Virus record (IMG/VR): IMGVR_UViG_3300019487_000026 | Span: 25,344 to 89,343 of that record | Reading direction: 5' to 3' (one strand) | DNA: 64,000 nt | Source: a virus | Shown here: positions 1 through 7,200 of the stretch, piece by piece | Position numbering within the stretch: the first letter of the stretch is position 1 | Layout of the letters: every line of letters starts with the position of its first letter | Made by a program: the position numbers and the translations under genes | The notes under the pieces: generated by a model | The model's input: only the letters and a program-made list of their open reading frames with translations | What the model was told of the DNA's origin: nothing | Databases searched by the model: none

Positions 1-104
1 CGTCCGTCAATACGGATGATCACAGGCGTTCGACGCAAAAGTGCGCCTTGGGTTGTGGCTTCGTACTCTTTCATACGATCGCCGAGAGTGGTTTTGTCTG
101 TCAT
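1..104 (-). CDS. Thg1-like tRNA(His) guanylyltransferase / 3'-5' polymerase, N-terminus only (runs off the window)
   Basis: Manual translation MTDKTTLGDRMKEYEPQPKAHFLRRTPVIIRIDGR matches the Thg1/TLP N-terminal pattern (RMKxYE...IRIDG); AGGAGG RBS and TTGACA-17-GAGAAT promoter upstream. Confidence 0.85.
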   Translation of the reverse strand, partial: MTDKTTLGDRMKEYEATTQGALLRRTPVIIRIDG

Positions 105-215
105 GGGTTTACCTCCTTCGAGATAGACAAAACATTCTCACATGGAACGGGTTGGTTGTCAAGGGGAAACCCAGTTGGACCCTCAAAGGCATAAATATCG
201 CAGGAGGAAAACACT

Positions 216-569
216 ATGAGCGACTATGATCCAGAGCATGATTTCGATCGACGAAGCGATGTAGAAAGCCGTCTTGACGCTCTTGAAATCGCTCGGGCAA
301 CCCAAAATCTTCAGCTGAAACAGACGACTGAGGAGCTCAGTACGGGTAAAGTCAAGTTCCAGACAATTGTTGATGCTCTCCACGATCAGCGAATTGAAAT
401 TGAACTACTCAAAACAATGCGAGAAGACATTGTTCAGATCAAAGAATGCGTTACGAAACTGAAGACCGCCGAACTTGAACGGAGAGGTGTGTGGAAGGTT
501 GTTGCTGTTGTTTCAGCTGTAATCACCTTCATCGTTCAGGGCTTGATTATGTACTTTACGTCGAAGTAA
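216..569 (+). CDS. Coiled-coil protein with C-terminal TM helix (possibly holin-like)
   Basis: ORF track; TAAATA and GGAGG upstream; hydrophobic C-terminus. Confidence 0.6.
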   Translation: MSDYDPEHDFDRRSDVESRLDALEIARATQNLQLKQTTEELSTGKVKFQTIVDALHDQRIEIELLKTMREDIVQIKECVTKLKTAELERRGVWKVVAVVSAVITFIVQGLIMYFTSK

Positions 570-1329
570 TCTCTTCACACGCTACGATCCAATTCTTAAC
601 AAAATCGCTTCGAACGATGTCGTGATGTGTGAAGTGAATCACACTGAATTCTGGCATGCGTGAAACTACCTTGATATAATCTTCCATTCCGCTTGTATCG
701 AGTTTGCTTTTTCGAAGATCTGTCTGTGGCAAGTCGCCTACAAAGATCATTCGAGAGTGAACACCCAACCGCGTCATAATTGAATTGATTTCGTGGAAGT
801 TCATGTTCTGACCTTCGTCGACGATCACAATAGAGTGATCCCAAGTCAAACCACGAATGAAGGATGTCGTACAGAACACGACTCGTCCACCTGCCTTCAT
901 ATCCTCGTAGGACGATTGACGGCCTAGAAAATCCGCAAACATCTCTTGGTACGGAAGCTCATATAACATGGACTTTTCTTCAAGTGTACCGGGTAGGAAG
1001 CCTTGATCTCGTGTCGGAACAGCTGATCGAACAATGATGATTTGATCGATTGGGCTATCCTCACGGAGGAGTTCGTTTAGGGCCAGATAGATGGCGATGT
1101 AGGTCTTACCGGTTCCAGCAGAGCCGTGGGCACAAATGTGTTTGCCGGCGAGAAAATCGTGAAAGAATTCGTTTTGTGTAGGTGTTAGTGGTTTAATGTG
1201 TCTCAAATCGTGCTTACTCCATTTCTTGCGATGAGGTCCATCTTCTATAGCTTTTCCATTAAGAATAAGTGCGCGGGACAATTCCGCGATCCGTTCATTC
1301 CGGACGGATTTTCGGCTTCTTTTGGACAT
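556..1329 (-). CDS. phoH: PhoH-family ATPase
   Basis: GSAGTGKT Walker A, GFLPG, RGLTW, DEGQN, GDxxQxD, DIVRS motifs; start moved to the ATG at 1329 behind GGAGG. Confidence 0.95.
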   Translation of the reverse strand: MSKRSRKSVRNERIAELSRALILNGKAIEDGPHRKKWSKHDLRHIKPLTPTQNEFFHDFLAGKHICAHGSAGTGKTYIAIYLALNELLREDSPIDQIIIVRSAVPTRDQGFLPGTLEEKSMLYELPYQEMFADFLGRQSSYEDMKAGGRVVFCTTSFIRGLTWDHSIVIVDEGQNMNFHEINSIMTRLGVHSRMIFVGDLPQTDLRKSKLDTSGMEDYIKVVSRMPEFSVIHFTHHDIVRSDFVKNWIVACEEITST

Positions 1330-1469
1330 AGTGAGCCTCCTTGGTAAGAAAGATACGGCGGGTTTACAGCAGGATGGAACTGCAGAAAAAACTTTGAACA
1401 AGTGCAATCAGTCATGTTTGTATTTATAATTCGCAGGGAAAAAGTCCCCTTTCCCTTTGTAAACAATGC

Positions 1470-1769
1470 TCACTTGTTCCAGTTGTCTTTTGCTCCCAAG
1501 GAATAAATATTACCAAAGCCAAGCTGAACAGCATAGTTCAGTGCAGCTCGTAAGTCTTCGTCGTCGTTTGTGTCGGCGAAAAAAATCAGTTGTGTGTTTT
1601 TGGGATGTTTTAGGAGAGACGAAATTTGTCGGAGCGAGATATTGATCGCACCCGGCAACGTGCCATCTCGAAACGAGGTCGGTGGACGAACGTCAATAAG
1701 AAGCCCACCTTTCTTTTCGATGAGCTTCTTTGCCTTCATTCCATTAATTTTTTGTCCAACAAACATCAA
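1470..1769 (-). CDS. Rhodanese-like domain protein
   Basis: LIDVR...G.LPGAINI and GF.NIYSL pattern; no obvious catalytic Cys. Confidence 0.8.
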   Translation of the reverse strand: MMFVGQKINGMKAKKLIEKKGGLLIDVRPPTSFRDGTLPGAINISLRQISSLLKHPKNTQLIFFADTNDDEDLRAALNYAVQLGFGNIYSLGAKDNWNK

Positions 1770-2407
1770 TAGTCCAAATTGTCATGGGGAAAATCGGTCC
1801 CCCCAAATGCATAGCTTTCTTCAACCTTTGCTCTAGCATCACCACCCTCTAGGATTTTTCTTTCGGCATCAACATTTCGGTCAATTGTAGCTGTCGCATT
1901 GAATTGACGACCTTTGTTGCGAGCACGAAGCTTTGCTTGATTTGTTTCTAGGATTTGTTCCCACGATACACCAAGCGTATCGACCATGATAGCTTGATAC
2001 CAGGCGAGATCACCAAGTTCTTCTTGGAGATTGACTGGGTCCATTTGGGGCCATGACTGTAGTTGTTTATGCATTACGTTAAGAAGCTCTGTGGCCTCTG
2101 TTGCGATGCCGATGATTGCGTGAAACAAGCGAGGATCAATAGGTTGCTTATAGTCTTCATTGCGGAGGGGCCGATATTCACCAGCACTGAGACGATTTGC
2201 ATTTTCTGCGAGCAGCCCAACTTCATGATTCCATTTTTCAGGTGCAACAGGCTTTCCGTAGAAAACATTCTTTTTGACCATGTCAAGCAGATTTCCGGCG
2301 GAAATCATTGCTCCAAGAACTCGTGAGAGAATTACAGGATCGGCTTGAACTGCATCAATGCGACTTTCGGTTTCAATCGCACCTTGAACGTATTCTTGTA
2401 GATTCAT
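1766..2407 (-). CDS. MazG-like NTP pyrophosphohydrolase
   Basis: HAIIGIATEATEL, EELGDLAWY, N.AKLRAR motifs. Confidence 0.85.
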   Translation of the reverse strand: MNLQEYVQGAIETESRIDAVQADPVILSRVLGAMISAGNLLDMVKKNVFYGKPVAPEKWNHEVGLLAENANRLSAGEYRPLRNEDYKQPIDPRLFHAIIGIATEATELLNVMHKQLQSWPQMDPVNLQEELGDLAWYQAIMVDTLGVSWEQILETNQAKLRARNKGRQFNATATIDRNVDAERKILEGGDARAKVEESYAFGGTDFPHDNLDY

Positions 2408-2480
2408 TTTTATTGTTCTCCTTGGTTGTTCAACATTATAAGTTGTTCAAGCAAGGTTCACAACTTGAGCCATTTATCTT

Positions 2481-2582
2481 TGGAGCGGATACCGAGAGTC
2501 GAACTCGGGACTGGACCTTATTATAAGCACTTTGTCAAATGCTCATAGGCAAGGTTCCGTTTTACCACTAAACTATATCCGC
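2481..2582 (-). tRNA. tRNA-Gly(GCC) with a 28-nt hairpin insert (2520-2547) between positions 36 and 37
   Basis: GCGGATA/TATCCGC acceptor stem, D and T arms and CCA present; removing the insert gives a 74-nt tRNA with loop TT-GCC-AA. Confidence 0.85.
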
Positions 2583-2670
2583 CTAGTATGTTTCGAAAGA
2601 GGTTTGCAGTATTTACGATCTAACGTATAATGTCAACGGGATACATAAATATGGGTCAAAAGGACCAAAC

Positions 2671-3423
2671 ATGCGGTATCGAACGATTTGGTTGAGCGAC
2701 ATACATCTCGGCACTCGCGGCTGCCAAACAGAACAGCTTCTCGATTTCCTGAAGAGCAACGAAAGCGAATACCTCTTCCTTGTTGGTGATATAATTGATT
2801 TCTGGTCGCTAAAAAGAGTCCCATACTGGCCAAGGTCGCACAATACAATTGTTCAAAAAATTCTCCGTAAAGCTCGCAATGGTACCTCGGTGATTTTCAT
2901 TCCAGGCAACCACGATGAAATTCTTCGAAACTATTTGAATCACTCTTTCGGCGACATTCGATTATTTGAAGAATACACACACGTGCTGGCTAATGGAATG
3001 AAGGTACATTGTTTGCACGGCGATATCTTTGATATCATCACAAAATATCATAAGTGGGTGGCCGTTCTTGGTGATGTTGCCTACGATTTTCTTTTGTGGC
3101 TAAATCGCAACTTTAATTGGTTCCGAAAAAAGCTCGGAATGGGCTACTGGTCGATTTCGGCCGCAATCAAACTTGCCGTCAAGCAAGCTGTGAGCTACAT
3201 TAGTGATTTTGAAAACAGTGTGATTGAGTATGCAGAGATCAACAACGTTGAGGCGATCCTGTGTGGTCATATTCATCACGCTGAAATCCGACAAAGTGGA
3301 AAAGTTTTATACATTAACACAGGCGACTGGGTCGAGAGTTGTACGGCAATTGTCGAACACTTTGATGGTCGTTTAGAACTAATACGGTGGACAGATGAAG
3401 CAAAAGATATTGATAATAACTGA
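2671..3423 (+). CDS. LpxH/PlcP-like metallophosphoesterase (putative phospholipase C)
   Basis: SDIHLG, GDIID, GNHD, HGD, GHIH, NTGDWVE motifs. Confidence 0.85.
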   Translation: MRYRTIWLSDIHLGTRGCQTEQLLDFLKSNESEYLFLVGDIIDFWSLKRVPYWPRSHNTIVQKILRKARNGTSVIFIPGNHDEILRNYLNHSFGDIRLFEEYTHVLANGMKVHCLHGDIFDIITKYHKWVAVLGDVAYDFLLWLNRNFNWFRKKLGMGYWSISAAIKLAVKQAVSYISDFENSVIEYAEINNVEAILCGHIHHAEIRQSGKVLYINTGDWVESCTAIVEHFDGRLELIRWTDEAKDIDNN

Positions 3424-4399
3424 TGCGTGGGAGCCACAGGTCAATGGTGTTGTTCGAACACTAAAGACAACAGTTCAACATCTAATTGAAAAAGACTATG
3501 ATGTTTTTGTGATTCATCCTCAGATGTTCTGTAGTGTTCCGCTGCCGGGCTATAACGAAATTCGTTTATCACTCTTTCCTCGTCGAAGAGTCGGGAAACT
3601 GATCAAAGAATTTTGTCCGGATTATATCCACATTTCAACGGAAGGTCCTCTTGGTTGGGCTGCACGCAACTATTGCGTGAAGCATAAACTCGGCTTCTCA
3701 ACCGCATATCACACAATGTTTCCAGAGTACGTTAACATTCGGTGGGGCCTACCAGCATCATGGGGCTACAGTGTTGTTCGTAAATTTCACAAGCCGGCGG
3801 GGCGAGTGATGGTTGCCACACAAGCATTGAAAGAACAACTTCAGCTTCATAGTTTCAAGAACTCATTTGGGGAGTGGACTCGGGGCGTCGATCATGAAAT
3901 GTTCCACCCAAAACGTCGAACGGCGAGTGCTCGACCGTATGCTCTATATGTTGGTCGTGTGTCTCACGAAAAGAATCTCGAAGCATTTCTCTCGTTAGAT
4001 CTTCCCGATCTCGACAAGATTGTTATTGGCAAGGGACCACATCTTGAAGCGTTGCGAGCGCGGTTTCCCAAGACGTTCTTTATTGGTGAGCGAAAAGGTG
4101 AGGAGCTTGCAACGTACTATGCGTCAGCAGAAGTATTTGTGTTTCCAAGCAAAACAGACACGTTTGGTCTTGTTATGATTGAATCGCTTGCTTCCGGAAC
4201 ACCTGTAGCTGCTTATGATGTAGCTAATACGAGGGCAATTCTGTATAAAACAACTGGAGCATGCGAAGAGGATCTTGGCGTAGCGATTACCAATGCTCGA
4301 AAGCTATCCAGAAATATGTGTAGGCTTGCAGGAACTACGTTGACGTGGCAACGTGCAACGGGGCAGTTTTTGGCGAACTTGGTTCCTGCCTATCCGTAA
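3395..4399 (+). CDS. GT4 glycosyltransferase (Agt-like glycolipid synthase)
   Basis: TDAWEPQVNGVVRTL, VGRVS.EKN, FPSKTDTFGLVMIE motifs. Confidence 0.9.
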   Translation: MKQKILIITDAWEPQVNGVVRTLKTTVQHLIEKDYDVFVIHPQMFCSVPLPGYNEIRLSLFPRRRVGKLIKEFCPDYIHISTEGPLGWAARNYCVKHKLGFSTAYHTMFPEYVNIRWGLPASWGYSVVRKFHKPAGRVMVATQALKEQLQLHSFKNSFGEWTRGVDHEMFHPKRRTASARPYALYVGRVSHEKNLEAFLSLDLPDLDKIVIGKGPHLEALRARFPKTFFIGERKGEELATYYASAEVFVFPSKTDTFGLVMIESLASGTPVAAYDVANTRAILYKTTGACEEDLGVAITNARKLSRNMCRLAGTTLTWQRATGQFLANLVPAYP

Positions 4400-4808
4400 A
4401 CAAAATTCCGTCGAGATGGTCAATCTCGTGTTGAATACAAGCGGCATCAAGACCCTTGAGAAATGTTGTGTGTTCTTCGCCCGACGATTCAAAAAATTTC
4501 ACCCGAACCTCTTGAGCTCGTCTCACGTAGCAAAATTTACCAGGGGATGAAAGACAACCTTCGTAAGACAGTTGCTCACCAATCCGCTCGAGAATTTCAG
4601 GATTGACAAGAACGTATGGCCACTCAGCCGTTACGATAAGTCGAATTGATTTACCAACTTGTGGCGCTGCCAGTCCGATGCCATTATGCATGTACATTGT
4701 TGTGGCCATGTCAACTGCAAGATTCCATAGCTCGTCGTCGAACTCCGTCACAGGTTGTGCGACAAGACGGAGGATCGGATCAGTGTCAGGGAGCAAGGCT
4801 TCAATCAC
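4335..4808 (-). CDS. def: Peptide deformylase
   Basis: GIGLAAPQVG, EGCLS, QHEIDHLDG motifs. Confidence 0.95.
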   Translation of the reverse strand: MIEALLPDTDPILRLVAQPVTEFDDELWNLAVDMATTMYMHNGIGLAAPQVGKSIRLIVTAEWPYVLVNPEILERIGEQLSYEGCLSSPGKFCYVRRAQEVRVKFFESSGEEHTTFLKGLDAACIQHEIDHLDGILFTDRQEPSSPKTAPLHVATST

Positions 4809-5016
4809 GGGGAGCGATTTTGAAAGGTGGGAGTTGTGACATCAATTTGTTGAATTCTTCATGAACACCGAGCATCTGAGCCAATTCAACAACGATAAGG
4901 ACATTTTTCATATCGTCCTCGGCGTTCCCACAACGTTTGAAGTCACGAAGTAAAATCAAAGCAAGGGCGAGTTGTTCTCGCCCTGCTTCGTTCAGATCAT
5001 TTAACGTCTTTGCCAT
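4801..5016 (-). CDS. Hypothetical protein
   Basis: ORF coupled to def. Confidence 0.55.
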   Translation of the reverse strand: MAKTLNDLNEAGREQLALALILLRDFKRCGNAEDDMKNVLIVVELAQMLGVHEEFNKLMSQLPPFKIAPRD

Positions 5017-5020
5017 TGAT

Positions 5021-5605
5021 CTAGTGTGGCTTTGGCGGGTTGAGCAGACGTGAAATCGGCTTGACCTGCTTCAACAAGAATTCCATCTGATCCGCAAGAA
5101 TGTTGCGATTCATAAGAATCAAGTATTCAGCGCGGTTCGGCGCATACGGCACGTAGAGCAACTTCATGTGAGCTTCTTCCGGAGTACGGTTGTCCTTCAC
5201 CTTGTTGCAACCACCACAAGCAGTTACGACGTTTTCCCAACGGTCCTTACCACCACGCGAGCGCGGCGTCACGTGATCACGTGTCAAGTCTTCGTACTTG
5301 AACATGCCACCACAGTACGCACACATCTGATGGTCGCGACGGAAGAGGGCACGGTTGGTCAGCACTGGCGTGCGGTGAATGTGCGTATCAGCAACTTCAC
5401 CAGCAACAGCAATGATGGAGTTCAGGTCCATAAACGAACGGTCGCCCGTTAGTCGTGAACGACCACCGTAGACAGTGTATCCGTCGGTACCGACTGCCCA
5501 CGCAACGAGATCTTTCGCGTAGTAATACACGGCGTCTTCGTACGTAATCCAACGGCATGGATTTCCAGCCTTGTCGAGCTGGAGAATCAGCGGATGTTCA
5601 GCCAT
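5021..5605 (-). CDS. HNH endonuclease
   Basis: CAYCG, TRDHV.PRSRGG, NVVTAC..CN..K; ATG at 5605 behind GAGGAGG. Confidence 0.9.
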   Translation of the reverse strand: MAEHPLILQLDKAGNPCRWITYEDAVYYYAKDLVAWAVGTDGYTVYGGRSRLTGDRSFMDLNSIIAVAGEVADTHIHRTPVLTNRALFRRDHQMCAYCGGMFKYEDLTRDHVTPRSRGGKDRWENVVTACGGCNKVKDNRTPEEAHMKLLYVPYAPNRAEYLILMNRNILADQMEFLLKQVKPISRLLNPPKPH

Positions 5606-5679
5606 AATACACCTCCTCACTTGTTTCACAAGTATTTACGTGTGAATCTGTGGAACTGTACACAGAATATGTAATAAGG

Positions 5680-6021
5680 TCAACTAATTGTCTCTTCATT
5701 TTCTTTCTCCTGTAAAAGCTTGAATTTCCGAAGTGGTTTACGTTGTTGATCATACAAAGGCTGTGTGGCAATTGCCGTATTGCCTGTGTCATAATCTGGT
5801 TCGAAAAACAATTCAAATTCAATTCCATGTCGTCCAAGATATTGTGCAACATTCATTAGGTGGTGCTGATCCTTCACACCACACAGCACAATGTGCAATG
5901 GTTGTTCGGGTTTTTCGAATCGAAAGCTCGCTTCACTTGCTGCATGAGAAGCTTGCACGATTTGTTGTGGGTGCGACAAATCTTCTCGGACGAAAATATA
6001 CATATATGGAATCTAGCTCAT
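5680..6021 (-). CDS. Pth2-like peptidyl-tRNA hydrolase with an in-frame TAG at codon 3 (6013-6015)
   Basis: YIFVREDL...QIVQASHA...FFEPD...TAIAT.P pattern; GGAGG 7 nt before ATG-AGC-TAG-ATT-CCA-TAT-ATG; ATG overlaps the upstream TGA. Confidence 0.75.
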
Positions 6022-6398
6022 TTGTGTGCCTCCAAAACTGTAAGGATGTTTGTCCAATGTTCTTCGGTGAGTGTTTCACCATAGCGCATGCAGAACGGAA
6101 CCGCCCAGCCATACTTCTGGCCTGACCTTTCGTGATGCTCACGCTGTGTTTTGCGATGTTTGATGTTGAATTTGAGATTGTTTACTGCGTACTCAAACGT
6201 ACGCCATGGATTTTTATTGTAGTGGCTGTTGATTTTCTTTTCGTTCACGAATGGCGAAAACCCGCAACGTAAATCACGGCCTCGAATCAGATTGTAAAGA
6301 ACGTGATCTTGCGTCGTGGCGATCTTACCACGCGAAAGTTGGCGGAATGCTTCTTGGTACTGCTTAAATTGCTGTTTGTCAGGAATGACGTAATTCAT
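6018..6398 (-). CDS. Hypothetical protein cotranscribed with the Pth2-like gene
   Basis: ORF with AGGAG RBS. Confidence 0.75.
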   Translation of the reverse strand: MNYVIPDKQQFKQYQEAFRQLSRGKIATTQDHVLYNLIRGRDLRCGFSPFVNEKKINSHYNKNPWRTFEYAVNNLKFNIKHRKTQREHHERSGQKYGWAVPFCMRYGETLTEEHWTNILTVLEAHK

Positions 6399-6458
6399 TT
6401 TGTAAACTCCTAGTCAATGGTTAAAGGTAAAAACCGCGGAAAATGCCGACTAGGGCGT

Positions 6459-6545
6459 TTACGGAGGGATCCTAGGTCTACAAACCTAGGTGAACGGGCG
6501 AATCTACCCGCGTTTGACTGGCTGAATCATTGTTTCTTTAGTCAT
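6459..6545 (-). promoter_or_regulatory. Leader uORF MTKETMIQPVKRG*IRPFT*VCRPRIPP-TAA with two in-frame amber codons
   Basis: GAAAGGA RBS; TAG at 6504-6506 and 6486-6488; CCTAGTCGG just after the TAA is complementary to TTGACTAGG overlapping the next RBS. Confidence 0.7.
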
Positions 6546-6566
6546 GTGAAAATTCCTTTCGACGAA

Positions 6567-6595
6567 AGTATATATGTCTTGTCCCTCTTTGTCAA
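6567..6595 (-). promoter_or_regulatory. Sigma70-type promoter for the amber-gated operon
   Basis: TTGACA-17 nt-TATACT. Confidence 0.85.
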
Positions 6596-6615
6596 CGAGG
6601 CCGATAAATATCTAC

Positions 6616-6921
6616 ATGAAACTCAACGAGATTACCCGCCGCGCCTTCTTGGGCGCCATTCTAGGAACCGCTGCAACAGTCGCAATGGGGCAGCCTCATC
6701 GTCCGTATGACCCGAACAACGATCCTTGGGATAAGCTTCATCAAGGTATGACATACGGAGAAGTTCACGCGTTGCTTGGTGAGCCGACCCGCATAAAAAC
6801 ATGGGGTGAAATAACGAACTGGGAATACGGGATGGCAACAGTTCGATTCTGGAAAGGCAAACTGACCGATTGGTCTTATCCTGGTGCTAAAAAGAATCGG
6901 GGTCCGTCGCATCCGAAGTAA
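6616..6921 (+). CDS. Small SmpA/BamE-like protein with MKLNEI start and a TRRAFL Tat-like segment
   Basis: GMTYGEVHALLGEP motif; TAAATA upstream. Confidence 0.6.
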   Translation: MKLNEITRRAFLGAILGTAATVAMGQPHRPYDPNNDPWDKLHQGMTYGEVHALLGEPTRIKTWGEITNWEYGMATVRFWKGKLTDWSYPGAKKNRGPSHPK

Positions 6922-7126
6922 TCACGACCATGTCGTCGGTTCGAACATTGCGAACGAGTGCATGTGGTCTTGTGCCCTTAACAATGAAGCAGGTGCAATG
7001 ACACTGTGGTCGAAACATACATCCTAGAATTTCAAGTGCTTTATCAACTGCTTCGTCAATTCTTTTGAAGGGGTGGGCTTGGTAATTCTTTCCAGTTGAG
7101 CGTTCTACACGAAAAAAGAAATCCAT
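6887..7126 (-). CDS. Hypothetical protein
   Basis: ORF with AAGGAG RBS. Confidence 0.55.
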   Translation of the reverse strand: MDFFFRVERSTGKNYQAHPFKRIDEAVDKALEILGCMFRPQCHCTCFIVKGTRPHALVRNVRTDDMVVITSDATDPDSF

Positions 7127-7200
7127 TGGATGGTCTCCTTATTGTTTTGCAATAGTTTAAATTGTTAAAACAGGTAAAACAACTACAAGAAAGATTTTAT

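Noticed and set aside
2520-2547. Promoter inside the tRNA-Gly insert (TTGACA...TATAAT on the minus strand)
   Set aside because: The spacer is only 7 nt.
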